A stretch of DNA of 64,000 bases, from NCBI GenBank assembly GCA_963844825.1, contig CAWJPQ010000002.1, positions 202,322 through 266,321 on the forward strand, given 5' to 3'. How positions within the stretch are numbered: position 1 is the stretch's first letter; each line of letters begins with the position of its first letter. A model generated the notes under the pieces. That model did no database searches, was not told the DNA's origin, and saw only the letters and a list, made by a program, of their open reading frames with translations. Below are positions 50,414 through 64,000 of the stretch, in pieces. This stretch comes from an uncultured Gammaproteobacteria bacterium (GTDB lineage Bacteria; Pseudomonadota; Gammaproteobacteria; CAWJPQ01). The position numbers were made by a program, and so were the translations under genes.

Positions 50414-51322
50414 TCAATTTTGCGCGCCCACCAGCGCCTCAAAGCCAGCGATTACATCGAATAGTTCCTCGTCTATGTCACTCTGGCGCATACGGTGGAA
50501 TGTGCCGTTAAGCCCCTCCAGAAGTTCATCGATATTCTTGTCGGCACGTTGCATCGCTGCGAGACGGCTGGCGTTCTCGCTGGCAAGGGATTCGGCGCAG
50601 GCCCGGAACAGGGATACGAAAAGATATTCACGGATCAGTGCCTGCAAGGTGGCGGTGCCGCCACCCATCACCTCGGGCAGGTTTGCCGTCGGCCAGGGGC
50701 GTTCGGCCACCGTGCGACGCCAGCTTTCGTCCAAGGGTAACAATCGCTGACTGACGGGCGTATAACCTGCTTGGGAGATGGGGCGATTGTAAAAGAGGTA
50801 GAGTTCGGTGATATCACCCTGGCTGCGGTGCATCTCGCTTTCCACAAGAATCTGCCCGACCAGCGGGATGATGGCCTTGACGGAGTTGGGCACGTTAAAG
50901 AGTCCCATCAACGCCGACCCGGCATTCGCCAACTGCGCGTCTTGCAGATATGCGTGAACACGCTCTCCGACGGCCCAGACCCGGAATTCGCCCGGCAAGG
51001 CTGAGAGCGTCATGAGGGCATATTGACCCACCACATCATTAAACTGACCCACCAATCCCTGGTCTGAACCAAACACCACGGCCCCAACCCTACCCGCCTC
51101 CATCCGTCTGCTCGCGCCCGGCGTCGATGCTATCGAACCTATTTCCCTGAAACACAGACTCAAGCCCAGCTCCACCGTGCGATAGTAGTCGCCCAGGGCA
51201 TGCACCGATTGCTCATATTGACTGATACTGGACGCGGCCAGGGCTTTCATGGTGCGCACGACAGATTGGAGATCGCCGGCGCTGGAGATCTTGCGGCGCA
51301 GGCTCGCTGCGGTGTCGCTCAT
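50414..51322 (-). CDS. atpG: N-type ATPase gamma subunit
   Basis: 302 aa and the last gene of the atpDCQRBEFAG cluster. Gamma-like termini ([25 protein letters not shown] ... [12 protein letters not shown]). It overlaps atpA by 4 nt. Confidence 0.8.
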   Translation of the reverse strand: MSDTAASLRRKISSAGDLQSVVRTMKALAASSISQYEQSVHALGDYYRTVELGLSLCFREIGSIASTPGASRRMEAGRVGAVVFGSDQGLVGQFNDVVGQYALMTLSALPGEFRVWAVGERVHAYLQDAQLANAGSALMGLFNVPNSVKAIIPLVGQILVESEMHRSQGDITELYLFYNRPISQAGYTPVSQRLLPLDESWRRTVAERPWPTANLPEVMGGGTATLQALIREYLFVSLFRACAESLASENASRLAAMQRADKNIDELLEGLNGTFHRMRQSDIDEELFDVIAGFEALVGAQN

Positions 51323-52884
51323 GACAGCGCCCTGAGTGCCGCCTTGGACCTGGCCTCTGATTGGAAAGGAGCCAGCGCCAATCGAGCGATGTCGATGATA
51401 GTGTCACGATCCTCATCGCTCAATTTTTGGGGGCCATCCAATCGCGCGCTTAGCTCCTCCGGGATCTCCTCCGCCGCCTTGCGCACGGCCTGCTCGGCAT
51501 CCGTCATCCACTCCAGCGGCACGCCGTCAAACAGTTCCCCGGTCAACGCCAGCAGGATGGTGATCTGGGCCGCCACAGACACCGGGGCGAATTCCGGCTG
51601 CTTGAGACAGGCCCGGATGCGTCGTCCATGCTCGATAATCTTGCGGGTATCCTCATCCAGGCGGGCGCCGAACCGCGCAAAGCTTTCGAGTTCCTCGAAC
51701 TGCGCGTAGCCGAGCTTGAGGTCGCCCGCCACCGCGCGGTAGACCGCCCGCTGCGCCTTTCCGCCGACGCGCGAAACGGATTTTCCAACATCGACAGCAG
51801 GCAGCACCCCCAAATCGAACAGTGATGGCGAGAGATATATCTGCCCGTCGGTGATGGAAATCAGATTGGTCGGGATGTAGGCGGAAATATCCTGCGCCTC
51901 CGTCTCGATGATGGGCAGCGCGGTAAGCGAACCACCGCCCCGCCCCGCGCGTAGATGCGTCGCCCGTTCCAGCAGTCGCGAATGTATATAAAAAATATCA
52001 CCGGGGAAGGCTTCGCGTCCGGGTGGCCGGCGCAGCAGCAGGGACAGCTCGCGATAGGCCCGGGCGTGATGGGTAAGATCGTCATAAACGATGAGCACGT
52101 CGCAACCCCGTTCCATAAAATGTTCAGCGATACTCGTGGCGGCGTACGGCGCGATGTAGGCAAGGCCCGGTGCTTCGTTGCCCTCGGTCACGACGGCGAC
52201 CGTGTAATCCATCGCCCGCTTCTCCCGCAAAATAGACACGGCCTTCGCAACGGCGGACGCGCGCTGACCGATGGCGCAATAGACGCACAGAACATCCTTA
52301 CCGCGCTGATTGAGAATGGTGTCGATCGCCATGGCGCTTTTTCCCGTCTGCCGGTCACCCAGAATCAACTCACGCTGTCCGCGTCCGATGGGGATAAGTG
52401 CATCGACCACCTTGAGACCTGTCTGCAGAGGCACACGCACGGGCGCCCGGTCCATGATCGGCGGCGCGGGACGCTCGATGGGCAGGCTCGCGCTGGCATG
52501 CACCGGCCCATGACCATCAAGCGGCCGACCGAGCGGGTCAATCACGCGGCCCAGCAGACCGTCGCCCACTGCTACATCCATCACCCGGCCCGTGCGTTTA
52601 ACTTCGTCGCCAGCGCGCAGATGCCAGTATTCGCCCAGCAGTACCACGCCGACCTCTTCCTCATCCACGTTGAACGCGATGCCGAACACGCCGCCGGGAC
52701 ATTTCACCAGCTCATCCACACCCACGCCAGGAAGTCCGGAGATCCGGGCGATGCCCGTGGACACGCTGGTGATCGTGCCTACCTCCTGCATGGCCAGCCG
52801 CGCCTTGAAGCTTTCGCGCGCCTGGCTCAGGCCAGTAAACGCCCCGTCAAAGGCACTTCGCAATGAATCAGGGGGCGCGTTCAT
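51319..52884 (-). CDS. atpA: N-type ATPase alpha subunit
   Basis: 521 aa. Walker A GDRQTGKS and typical alpha blocks ([19 protein letters not shown]). Confidence 0.9.
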   Translation of the reverse strand: MNAPPDSLRSAFDGAFTGLSQARESFKARLAMQEVGTITSVSTGIARISGLPGVGVDELVKCPGGVFGIAFNVDEEEVGVVLLGEYWHLRAGDEVKRTGRVMDVAVGDGLLGRVIDPLGRPLDGHGPVHASASLPIERPAPPIMDRAPVRVPLQTGLKVVDALIPIGRGQRELILGDRQTGKSAMAIDTILNQRGKDVLCVYCAIGQRASAVAKAVSILREKRAMDYTVAVVTEGNEAPGLAYIAPYAATSIAEHFMERGCDVLIVYDDLTHHARAYRELSLLLRRPPGREAFPGDIFYIHSRLLERATHLRAGRGGGSLTALPIIETEAQDISAYIPTNLISITDGQIYLSPSLFDLGVLPAVDVGKSVSRVGGKAQRAVYRAVAGDLKLGYAQFEELESFARFGARLDEDTRKIIEHGRRIRACLKQPEFAPVSVAAQITILLALTGELFDGVPLEWMTDAEQAVRKAAEEIPEELSARLDGPQKLSDEDRDTIIDIARLALAPFQSEARSKAALRALS

Positions 52885-53707
52885 TCCGGCTTCTCGCGCG
52901 CGGCAGTTTGCGCACCGGAGTTCGGCTCAAGCTCGGTTTTGGCTCGCGGGCTGGACGGCTCCAGCAACTCGCCAACCCTCTTCTCCAGTGACCCGAGGTA
53001 ATCTTCGATGCTCCAGGCGATCTTGCGTCCCTTGGCGCTGAGTTCGATGCCACTGATCACGTCCGGTACGGTGTCGAACCGGACCGGGATTCCGACGAAA
53101 AGGCAGCATTGAGCGCGGTTTGAATTGCCGCGCGTTGCTCGGCAGGCAGTTCGAAGGCGCTGCGCACGAGCACAGGCTCGCATATTGTTTCAATGGCCTT
53201 GGCGAGATCTTCCTTCTCATCATCGTCAAGCGCTCGTAGGCGGCGCGCAAAGACTTCGGTTATGCGCGCTTCCAGACTTATCCCCGCCAGGTCGGTTAGT
53301 GTCTTGTTCGCAATGGCAAACACTTCCTCCCGGGTACGGCGGGCGATTTCGGCATTCAGGTGTTGTTGTTCTCGCTGCAAGGCGCCTTGCCTTTCGGTAC
53401 GCAGGGCCTCAGAATCCTGACGCGCTTGATCCAGCAATCGCTCACGTTCACCTGTTGCCTCGTCCGTTGCCTGCCTCAAAAGAGCGGTGCGCTGCTCGTC
53501 GAACGTCTCATTCCTATGCTGGAACTCATCGCGCTCCTTTTGGGCTTCGGCCTTTTTTGCCTCGGCGTCCGCGAGCGTCGCCGCGATCTCCTGCTCCCGC
53601 GCGTCAATGGCCCTGAGGATAGGCTTGTAGAGAAATCGTTTCAGCAGCCACACCAGGATCAGGAAATTGACCACCTGCGCAGCGACGGTGAACCAGTCGA
53701 TCAGCAT
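52881..53707 (-). CDS. atpF: N-type ATPase b subunit; one frameshift near 53095 as sequenced
   Basis: N-terminal anchor [30 protein letters not shown] plus a long charged coiled coil. The C-terminal ~70 codons ([32 protein letters not shown]...) continue in the ORF 53183-52881 frame. The 827-nt length fits a 1-nt deletion. Confidence 0.75.
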
Positions 53708-53711
53708 GAGA

Positions 53712-53992
53712 TTATTTTCCGGCGGTTTGCGCGATCACGTTGTTCCAAAAAGGATTGGCAAAGATCAGGATCATCGTGACCACGAAGCAGTAAATCGCCG
53801 TGGACTCGATCATCGCCAACCCCACGAACAGGGTCCTGGTAATGGTGGCGGACGCATCGGGTTGCTGGGCCAGTGACGTCAGCGCGGTTGAGACCGCCTT
53901 GCCCTCGCCCAGTGCCGGGGCCATGGTGCCGAAGGCGGTGGTAATCCGGCGGTGACAATGGATGCCACCGCTATGATCGTCATGTTATCCAT
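53712..53992 (-). CDS. atpE: N-type ATPase c subunit with Na+-type ligand set; one frameshift near 53942 as sequenced
   Basis: ATG 53992 lies after GAAGGAG. MDNMTIIAVASIVTAGL is in one frame, and after a missing base the rest reads ...GTMAPALGEGKAVSTALTSLAQQPDA...FVGLAMIESTAIYCFVV. The Q and E-S-T..Y positions match Na+-binding c rings. Confidence 0.8.
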
Positions 53993-54023
53993 GGTGTCTC
54001 CTTCTTTTGTTGTCGTGCATTCT

Positions 54024-54713
54024 TCACTGTTTTTCCTCAGGTCTTGGCGTGCGCACTCGCGTGGCCGCCGCGATGTATACCGCAGCCAGAATAAAGAATA
54101 TATAGGCCTGCACCATGCCTGTAAGAAGACCGAGCGCGGTCATGATGATCGGGAAGATCAGGGGCGTGATGCTGAGCAGAATAGCGATGATCATAGATCC
54201 GCTCATCATATTTCCGAACAGGCGCACGGCCATGGCCAGCGTGCGCGAAAGTTCACTGATGATGTTAAACGGCAACATGAAAAATGTCGGCTTCACATAC
54301 GACTTGAGGTAGCCCCCAACACCCTGCTCTCCGATACCGAACAGCGGCACGGCCACAAATACACACAGGGCCAGCCCCGCCGTGGTTGACAGCGAACCGG
54401 TCGGCGGCTGATAGCCGGGCAAAATGGTGCACAGGGCGGCCATGGCGAGAAACAGCAAGAGCGTAGCCAGAAAGCTCAGATATTTTCTCGGCTGACTCAG
54501 GCCGACGTCTTCAATCTGTTGCATGATGGCGATGACGATGATTTCCAGAAGATTTTGCCAGCGGGCCCGTTTCAGACCGATGGAAAGTTTTCGCGTAATG
54601 AGCTTCGCGCCCACGGCCAGCACTAACATAACCCCCCAAGTGAAGACAATGGTGGCGTTAAGCTTGATAAAACCATATTGCCAGAAGATGATCTCGTCGG
54701 GACTAAGGTGCAT
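54024..54713 (-). CDS. atpB: N-type ATPase a subunit
   Basis: About 229 aa from ATG 54713. It is polytopic and carries the conserved stator arginine block LAMAVRLFGNMMSGSMI. Confidence 0.85.
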   Translation of the reverse strand: MHLSPDEIIFWQYGFIKLNATIVFTWGVMLVLAVGAKLITRKLSIGLKRARWQNLLEIIVIAIMQQIEDVGLSQPRKYLSFLATLLLFLAMAALCTILPGYQPPTGSLSTTAGLALCVFVAVPLFGIGEQGVGGYLKSYVKPTFFMLPFNIISELSRTLAMAVRLFGNMMSGSMIIAILLSITPLIFPIIMTALGLLTGMVQAYIFFILAAVYIAAATRVRTPRPEEKQ

Positions 54714-55017
54714 GACCGGACTCCTTCGCTGGCGAGTCGTAGTGTTCGAGCGGCGGGCCGGCAATTCGGGTCACGATGAAACGCGCAATGGTAAATCCGA
54801 GCAGACAAGCCAGCAGCGACTGCCAATGACCATCTGAAACAATATAAAACCCAGAGACGACTACGACGGTCCGCAACAGCAAGCTACCCAGGAATAAAAG
54901 TGCCGGTCGTTTCGACGATACACCCCTGCGCACCGTCCACCACAGGCCACCAAAGAACACTGCGCCGAGCACCAGTCCCGCACCCAATGCCAGCGCCAGT
55001 GTCACCCATTCATTCAT
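54703..55017 (-). CDS. atpR: AtpR, N-ATPase-specific small membrane protein
   Basis: About 104 aa with three hydrophobic helices and a membrane-embedded Arg (GGLWWTVRRG). Its position between atpQ and atpB is diagnostic of N-ATPase operons. Confidence 0.65.
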   Translation of the reverse strand: MNEWVTLALALGAGLVLGAVFFGGLWWTVRRGVSSKRPALLFLGSLLLRTVVVVSGFYIVSDGHWQSLLACLLGFTIARFIVTRIAGPPLEHYDSPAKESGHAP

Positions 55018-55340
55018 CCTTATCCTCCTGTTCTTCCCGCATGGCCCTGTCTTCCCGGGTGACCCAATGCCATGCATTCAAACAGCCGATCGTCAGCCCG
55101 GCCACCAGCAGCACCAGTGTCCAGGAACGTCCGCCAGGATAATTATGGTCCAACCATAGCCCGAGCGCCGCGCCTAACAGCGTCGGTATAGCCACGGACC
55201 AGCCGATAATCCCCATCATGCCGAGGCCAAACCAGACACCCGGCGCGGGGTTGCGCTGCGCCTTAAGCTTGCGCTTAGCCTTCGCGCCGACCTCCTCGCT
55301 CAGCGTTCCCTTCGTCTTCACGGGCTTGGTTTGGGGTTCG

Positions 55341-55348
<8 letters not shown>
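55010..55348 (-). CDS. atpQ: AtpQ (AtpI/AtpZ-like), N-ATPase-specific small membrane protein
   Basis: 112 aa with a basic N-terminus and two TM helices (VWFGLGMMGIIGWSVAIPTLLGAALGLWLD, WTLVLLVAGLTIGCLNAW). It follows atpC. Confidence 0.65.
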
Positions 55349-57270
<1,922 letters not shown>

Positions 57271-57285
57271 TCATGTGCGTTTTCG

Positions 57286-58995
57286 CTAAGGATTTGGTTC
57301 TTTCGGCTGTTTCTTGGCGAGGGTTACGGAAGCACCCGGCAATAGATTCTCCCCTTCCTTTAGCGGTTGTGCCTGCCGTGCCTGTTCCTCGATAACGGTG
57401 GCCTCGCTATATAAGCCGGCTTCCGCTTTCGTGGACACCACCTCCAGTTCTTCATGCCGCCCTTCAGCGGAGACCCGTTTCCCCTGCGCAGCAGCGCGCC
57501 CCTCTGCCGGCTTCCCCTCGAACATGGTGACGGGGATACCCTGCGGGAAAACGATCTCCCTGGCCTCGTCAGGCATCGAGATGTCATGTTCCTGAAAGGC
57601 ACGTTTCACCAGCCGGATCACAGAAGACCGCACTTTCAACCAACTGTGTTCGCGGCCGTTAATCCAAAAGTAGACGCGCAGGTTGACGGTAGACGTCCCC
57701 AGACTGTCCGCCAACACTGCGGGCTCGGGATCGTTCAGAACCGCCGGATGATCCACCAAGACCCCTCGTGCAATCTCCTGAGCCTCGTTGATGGCATCAT
57801 CGTAGCCGATTCCGACAACAAAGTCCTCGCGCCGGTTGGCATTGGTAGTAAAGTTGCTGAGGGTGCTCTTGTAAACGCTGGCATTCGGGATCTGCACGAG
57901 ATTTCCCGCGAGGGTCATCAAGATCGTGGTGCGCATGTTCAACTGCTGCACGTAGCCGGTCACGCCGGCAATCTCGGCCAAGTCACCGGTCTCAAACGGT
58001 GGCTGCATGCTGAGAAAGATGCTGGCCAGGAAATTCTCGGTGATGTCCCGAAATGCGATACCAATGATCAGACCGACCAGACCGGTTCCGCCGACCAGCG
58101 TCAAAGCCAGTTGCGTCAGGCCGGAGACTCTCAGAATGAGATAGACGCCACAGATGACAACGAGTCCGCCCGCCGCACGCGCAATCACATTTTGCAGGAG
58201 TTTGGTCCGAATCCGCCGGCGCAGCATCGATTGGAGGCTGCGAATTGTCAGCAGGGCACTCCCAACCGACAGCGCCAGAATGAGCAGTGCAAAAACAAGG
58301 AAGGGCAGCGCGCGGATGAAGTCGCGCCATAATAGCCTTACGCCGCTCCACGCTTGGCGGAAATCCCATACAGACTGCTGGGTCACCTGCATCCGGTTGG
58401 CCACGGCGACAACATCCTGCGTGTTGTGCGCTAGATCGCCAGCCCATTTCTTCAGCTCATCGGACTCCACCTTGCCATTGAGAAAGACGACGCCTTCTTC
58501 GACCCGGACTTGTGGGTCGGTGAACCAGTCGGTGGCATCCAGAACACGCTGAAGTCGCTTGCGGATCTCTTCGTCGTGTGCGAGCGGTTTTACGTCCACC
58601 TTTGCGGGTGCCAAGGAGCGATCTTCTTTGGCGGGTGCGGGTAGCTTCCGCGCTTCGCCGGCCTTTCCGACGGGTTCCTTCGCCATGACCGTCAATGGCA
58701 GAAAACAGCACACAGAACCGAGCAACACTGCTTTCAGAAACAGGTTATGACCACTACGAGCCAATGGTTGCGCGGGAACACGCTCGCTCGGAACCGCTGG
58801 ATCGCGGTTCGTGCTTCGGTACTTGCCCACCGCACTCTCAAGGTAAGCGCCGAACCCGAACCGCATTGCAGACAACCGCTGACCGGTGAATTCTGCCTCG
58901 CCACAAAAGAGCTGCGTCTTCCCGCCTTGCAATGTAACGCTCACGCCCCAATTCTCCAAATGGGTTTTCCTCTCCATTTCACGGTCGGGCTTCAT
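57286..58995 (-). CDS. MscS-family mechanosensitive channel with an N-terminal periplasmic BON-like domain
   Basis: BON-like block DWFTDPQVRVEEGVVFLNGKVESDE. TM helices are followed by the MscS core GLIIGIAFRDITENFLASIFLSMQPPFETGDLAEIAGVTGYVQQLNMRTTIL. The true start is probably internal (signal-like LFLKAVLLGSVCCFLPLTVMA). Confidence 0.75.
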   Translation of the reverse strand: MKPDREMERKTHLENWGVSVTLQGGKTQLFCGEAEFTGQRLSAMRFGFGAYLESAVGKYRSTNRDPAVPSERVPAQPLARSGHNLFLKAVLLGSVCCFLPLTVMAKEPVGKAGEARKLPAPAKEDRSLAPAKVDVKPLAHDEEIRKRLQRVLDATDWFTDPQVRVEEGVVFLNGKVESDELKKWAGDLAHNTQDVVAVANRMQVTQQSVWDFRQAWSGVRLLWRDFIRALPFLVFALLILALSVGSALLTIRSLQSMLRRRIRTKLLQNVIARAAGGLVVICGVYLILRVSGLTQLALTLVGGTGLVGLIIGIAFRDITENFLASIFLSMQPPFETGDLAEIAGVTGYVQQLNMRTTILMTLAGNLVQIPNASVYKSTLSNFTTNANRREDFVVGIGYDDAINEAQEIARGVLVDHPAVLNDPEPAVLADSLGTSTVNLRVYFWINGREHSWLKVRSSVIRLVKRAFQEHDISMPDEAREIVFPQGIPVTMFEGKPAEGRAAAQGKRVSAEGRHEELEVVSTKAEAGLYSEATVIEEQARQAQPLKEGENLLPGASVTLAKKQPKEPNP

Positions 58996-58999
58996 AACG

Positions 59000-60348
59000 C
59001 TACCCCCTCTCTTCTCCAGCGTTCACAGCAAGCTGGGCCTCGAGCGCTGCGCGCACATCCATGAGCCGCTTTGCAATCCGCTCGCGTTCATGTTTGGATT
59101 CGATGGTGCGCCCGGCCAGCTCTGCAAGCCACTGCACCTGGTCACGGATCGCCCGCCGCCGGCGTGGGCGATCCGTGAGATCGATCAGCGTCTCGAGGGC
59201 GCTGAGCATGCGCGCCATGATAGCGACATTGCCTCCGGCGCTGCCCCTGATCTGGTCGAAGGCCTCAGACAGCAGACCTTCAAATGTCGGGGCTATCGTG
59301 ATTACGCGCAGTTCGTCCCCCTCGTAGCGTTGCAATGCAGGGAATTTCCGGGGCGCCAGCTGCGCCAGAATCGCCGTCAGGTAATCAATGCACATCACCG
59401 CTGTCGAGGTGTCGTTGATACCGGGCGAAATTGCCTTCAAGGCCATATCCACGAGCTGCCGGATGCCGAAAGCAGGGTCCTGTTCGACTGTGCGATAGCG
59501 GCCAACGCTATAAGCGCCATTCATGTCGTCGATCGTCTCTTGATCCGGCGGCTCTTCCAGAGCAAGCGAGGCCAATGCGGTATTTTGGACAACGAACGTG
59601 CCGATGCCGCGCTCCATGCGTACCACGGTCTTCCTGTCCCGCGCCAGGCGCAGCAGCGCTTCATTATCCACGCTTTGAATGTAGCCGTTCAGCCTCTGCT
59701 GGCACTGGATACCAGCTCATCTCTTCCACAGACTTAAGCACCTGATCCTGGTCCTCATCTTCATCTGGCCCGTGCCCCAGTCTTTCCGGAAACAGTCGCT
59801 CAATGGACTCCGATGGTATCCTGAGCTATCGAGGCGATGATGCTGGACGCCTGGATCGACGAGGCGATGTGATGAATAAAGAAAACCAGGACGCCGATGC
59901 CGCCGAGCGCCTGCACAAACGCAAAGAACGACGCCAGGCTCGGCACGAACTCCACATCGCCGCTGCGGACGGTGCGCAAAACGATCAGGCAATAGGCGAA
60001 AATGGCGGAGAAAATCCCGAGCGTGACCTGCGTGACGCGGCTGCTCATGAAGGTCCTCAGAATGCGCGAGGTGTTTTGGCTAGAAGCCAGAGCCAACGCA
60101 ACCAAGGTCATGGAGAAGGTAATGCCCATAATGGACATCATCGAACCTGCTAGGGTCGACAGCATCGCCCGCGCCCCATCCGCTCCCACCCCAAACAGCC
60201 GTGGCCATTGGCTCAGCCATCGGTCGCTCCCAGCGGAGTCTACTTCTACCATCACGGCTGCGAAGGCCATGTTGGCCATGACGATCAGCGACGGCACAAA
60301 CCAAAAGCTCGACTGCAGATTGCTCCAAAGTTGTCTGAACTTATACAT
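59000..60348 (-). CDS. DUF2254 family membrane protein; frameshift(s) around 59700-59800 as sequenced
   Basis: The N-terminal piece (60348-59800) has the four-TM DUF2254 pattern (FWFVPSLIVM..., MSIMGITFSMTLVALALASSQ). The C-terminal soluble piece is 59671-59000. The combined length of about 450 codons fits the family. Confidence 0.65.
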
Positions 60349-60562
60349 GGGTCAAGCTCCCAATGCGATGGCGAGAGAGCGCACGAAGCTAATCTCCCCA
60401 ATCAAGGGTCTGTCCGCAGCCCCTCCAGTGATAAACAATATCACTGAAAGGCGCCAATCAGCCCAAAATATATGCCGCCCGCTTGCTTTGTTTCATTACA
60501 CTTAGGCATTGCTGCAGTCCAAACCCGACTTGCGCGCAACGACTTCTGCAGTGGCGCAGCGG

Positions 60563-62939
60563 TCATTCGCTTGACCCCTTCCATCGCCAATTTCGAATCT
60601 CCGGCAGGTCCTGGCCGTGCTTGTCGATGTATTGCTTGTGCTCGATGAGCTTGTCCTTGAGCTGCTGTTTCAGGTAGATGCCCTGGTCACCGGTCTTCGG
60701 CAGGCGGTCGATGGCGTCCATTACCAGGTGGAAGCGATCCAGATCGTTGAGCACCGTCATGTCAAAGGGCGTGGTGATGGTGCCCTCCTCCTTGTAGCCG
60801 CGGACGTGGATGTTATGGTGGTTGGTGCGGCGGTAGGTCAGCCGGTGGATCAACCACGGATAGGCATGGTAGGCGAAGATCACCGGCTTGTCCCGGGTGA
60901 ACAGTTCGTCGAAATCCATGTCGCTCAAGCCGTGCGGGTGTTCGCTCGGTGGCTGTAGCTTCATGAGGTCCACCACGTTGACCACCCGGATCTTCAGCTC
61001 GGGCAGGTGCTCGCGCAGAATGGAGACGGCGGCGAGGGTCTCCAGCGTGGGCACGTCGCCACAGCAGGCCATGACCACATCGGGCGCGCCGCCCTGATCG
61101 TTACTGGCCCACTGCCAGATGCCGATGCCCTCGCTGCAGTGCTTGACGGCGGCGTCCATGGTCAACCATTGGGGCGCCGGGTGTTTTCCCGCGACCACCA
61201 CGTTGACGTAATGGCGGCTGCGAAGACAGTGGTCCATCACCGACAGCAGGCAGTTGGCATCCGGCGGAAAGTACACCCGCACCACCTCGGCCTTCTTGTT
61301 GACGACATGGTCAATGAATCCGGGATCCTGGTGGGTAAAGCCGTTGTGATCCTGACGCCAGACATGGGAGGTCAGCAGGTAGTTCAGCGAGGCGATCTTG
61401 CGCCGCCACGGCAGGTGGGCGGTGACCTTCAGCCACTTGGCGTGCTGATTGAACATCGAATCGATGATGTGGATGAACGCCTCATAGCAATTGAAGACCC
61501 CATGGCGTCCGGTGAGCAGGTAGCCTTCCAGCCAGCCCTCGCATTGGTGCTCGCTGAGCATCTCCATCACGCGCCCGCTGGGCGCGAGCCATTCGTCATT
61601 TGCCACGGTTGCGGCGTCCCACTGGCGCTGGGTCACTTGAAACAGCGCCTCCAGGCCGTTGGAGAGCGTCTCGTCCGGACCGAAGACCCGGAAATTGCGC
61701 TGTTCGCCGTTAAGCTTCATCACATCGCGCAGGAAACGTCCCGAGCACATGGGTATCGCCGATGCCGGGCGTCCCCGGCACCGGCACGTCGGCCGCATAA
61801 TCGCGGAAATCGGGCATGCGCAGATCGCGCAGCAGCATACCGCCGTTGGCATGGGGGTTCGCCCCCATGCGGCGTTGGCCCTCGGGGGCCAGTTCGGCCA
61901 GTTCTGGTTTCAGGCGTCCCTGCGCATCGAAGAGTTCCTCCGGCCGGTAGCTCCTCAGCCAGTCTTCCAACAGCTTGAGGTGTTCGGGATGGGTGGCCGG
62001 GTCGGAGAGCGGCACCTGGTGCGCACGGAAGGTGCCTTCGATCTGCAGACCGTCGACCACCTTGGGTCCGGTCCAACCCTTGGGTGAGGCAAGGACGATC
62101 ATCGGCCAGCGCGGCCGCGTGGTGTCATTGTTGTGGCGGGCATTGCTCTGGATTTGGTGAATGTCCTCGATGGCCTTTTCCAAGGTAGCCGGCCATGAGT
62201 TGATGCATCGCCTCCGGCTCGTGACCTTCGACGAAGTACGGCGTCCAGCCGCAGCCACGGATAAATTGCTCCAACTCCTCACGCTCGATGCGGGCCGAGA
62301 CGGTGGGGTTGCTGATCTTGTAGCCGTTTAGGTGCAGGATCGGCAGTACCGCGCCGTCGGTGATCGGGTTGAGAAATCTTGTTCGACTGCCATGCCGTCG
62401 CCAAGGGGCCCGTCTCCGCTTCACCATCGCCGACGACGCAGGCGACGATCAGCTCTGGGATTATCGAACACCGCCCCGAACGAATGGCTGAGCGAATAGC
62501 CTAGCTCGCCACCCTCGTGGATCGAGCCGGGACATTCCGGCGAGGCGTGGCTGGGAATACCGCCGGGAAATGAAAACTGCTTGAAAAGCTTCTGCAGTCC
62601 CGCCTCATCCTGGCTGATATTCGGATAGATCTCACTGTAGGTGCCCTCGAGGTAAGTATTGCCCACCACGGCCGGGCCGCCATGCCCGGGACCTGACACA
62701 TAAATCATGTTAAGGTCATATTTCTTGATGACCCGGTTCAAGTGCACGTAAATGAAGTTCTGTCCGGGGGTCGTGCCCCAGTGTCCCAGCAGCATATGCT
62801 TCACGTCCGCCAGCGTCAGCGGTCGCCTCAGCAGTGGATTGTCGTACAGATAAATCTGGCCGACCGACAGATAGTTCGCGGCGCGCCAGTAGGCATCCAT
62901 CTTGTACAGCAGTTCCGGCGAGAGCGTATTGGTGTTCAT
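60563..62939 (-). CDS. xfp: Phosphoketolase (xylulose-5-P/fructose-6-P); about four frameshifts as sequenced
   Basis: [37 protein letters not shown]...[11 protein letters not shown]...EGGELGYSL. Collinear segments sit in four ORF pieces (62939-62421, 62427-62125, 62282-61710, 61852-60563). One example is an extra C in a CC run near 62458. The total of about 792 codons fits the family. Confidence 0.85.
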
Positions 62940-63097
62940 GGGCTAAATCTCACGAATTGAGCCGAGGTTGAGGAAATCGGGAATGACCCTGATTGGTGGC
63001 TCGACCGATACATAATAGACATCGAGTGCACCCCCCTGTCCCGGAGGGAGCGGGAAGTAATCATGCCCGCACTAACTATGCTGTTCCCCTGTATTGG

Positions 63098-63247
63098 CTA
63101 CACGACCCGACGGCCTTGGATGATACGAACCACAATCACCACGACGGCGATGACCAAAAGAATATGAATGAATCCACCCATGGTGTACGAGGTGACTAAG
63201 CCAAGCAGCCATAGAACAATCAGAATGATTGCAAGAGTCATGAGCAT
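63098..63247 (-). CDS. lmo0937-family small membrane protein (49 aa)
   Basis: ATG 63247 lies after GAGGAGGATGG. MLMTLAIILIVLWLLGLVTSYTMGGFIHILLVIAVVVIVVRIIQGRR matches the family pattern. Confidence 0.55.
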   Translation of the reverse strand: MLMTLAIILIVLWLLGLVTSYTMGGFIHILLVIAVVVIVVRIIQGRRVV

Positions 63248-63490
63248 TTTTCCATCCTCCTCTGTTATAACCAGTACAAGACCCGAACCGCAGAGACCGC
63301 TACCGGTTACTCCCACCTGAGGTCAGCAACATCGACCGCTCCGTATTCCGTGGCATCGAACCCCACGAATAGGCTCAATTAGACCACGCCTTGGAGCCTA
63401 TCATCATTGATCTCAGTCAATTCCCATCAAGGGTCATCGACTAGCGGGTACCATGCCGAAATCTCACTCGGACTGGCTAGGGTACGGATT

Positions 63491-64000
63491 TCAGAACGAG
63501 CGCTCCCAGCGCAAGCCGAGGAAATCGGGCCCAATGACCGGCGCCAGGTGGATCGCGTGTTCCGGCGTAACCGTGAGCAAGCCCACGCCATAGGACAGTA
63601 GCGTACTGGCGATGATATCGCGCCAGTGATGCTTGCCTTCGTCGACTCGAACGTACCCGACGTAGGCGGCCCCCAGATATGCGGGGAGGCCCCACTTCCA
63701 GCCATAGCGCTCGCCCAGGAACACCGCGCCGGACATCACGAATGCCTCATGTCCGGAGGGAAAACTATAAGGATCGCCGTTGGGCCGCTTACCCAGGCCG
63801 GTTTGGTTGAATGCGAGTTTCAGGGCCGACGTAACCACCAGGCTCACCCCGGCGTTGCGCAGCCATTGCTTCTCGCCCTGGGTATCGCCCGAGAAATAGG
63901 CGACTGCGAGGCCGGTTACCGGAATAACGCCGGTCAGAACGTCAGCCGTCAATAAATCGGGGTCATTGCCTGCCGCGGCGGTGGCCGGGCACAGGCTCAA
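63491..64000 (-). CDS. PAP2-family phosphatase, C-terminal 169 codons (N-terminus beyond the right edge)
   Basis: PAP2 motifs KRPNGDPYSFPSGH and RVDEGKHHWRD (KxxxxxxRP / PSGH / R...H...D). Confidence 0.7.
   Translation of the reverse strand: MSLCPATAAAGNDPDLLTADVLTGVIPVTGLAVAYFSGDTQGEKQWLRNAGVSLVVTSALKLAFNQTGLGKRPNGDPYSFPSGHEAFVMSGAVFLGERYGWKWGLPAYLGAAYVGYVRVDEGKHHWRDIIASTLLSYGVGLLTVTPEHAIHLAPVIGPDFLGLRWERSF

Overview
GC-rich, proteobacterial-type chromosomal segment with about 60 genes. No rRNA, tRNA or CRISPR array was found.

Left to right:
- An mtfA fragment, then exbB-exbD-tonB.
- A multicopper oxidase / diheme cyt c / monoheme cyt c / nirK operon. This is the ncgABC-nirK arrangement known from Nitrosomonas. 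It has a sigma70-type promoter and an NsrR-like operator.
- A ~4 kb visibly AT-richer island bracketed by ~105-bp inverted repeats. It is built from integron-type gene cassettes separated by attC-like sites, with no integrase. One cassette encodes a SIR2-like putative NADase and another a 473-aa orphan.
- glpK and an OPT transporter.
- A gltD-like / PFOR (nifJ) / pyrD-like operon.
- A decayed copper-resistance patch: a copA pseudogene plus cusA and second P-type ATPase remnants.
- A secreted Sel1/ankyrin protein and a membrane-anchored ferredoxin-flavoprotein.
- The most striking locus, a tightly packed ~9 kb operon (28368-37471). It encodes a His-rich inner-membrane protein, 21-heme, 13-heme and ~37-heme c-type cytochromes, a small secreted protein and a SPOR-TPR-beta-barrel outer-membrane protein. 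I read it as a candidate uncharacterised porin-cytochrome extracellular electron-transfer conduit.
- trxC, cbpA/cbpM, a cNMP-binding protein, and a MEKHLA / SBP / GGDEF group.
- An NhaP antiporter next to a complete N-type (atpDCQRBEFAG) ATPase operon whose c subunit carries Na+-type ligands.
- MscS, DUF2254, phosphoketolase and a PAP2 phosphatase.

Caveat: many otherwise intact genes carry single-base frameshifts at homopolymers. The sequence probably contains indel errors, so I call pseudogenes only where decay is extensive.
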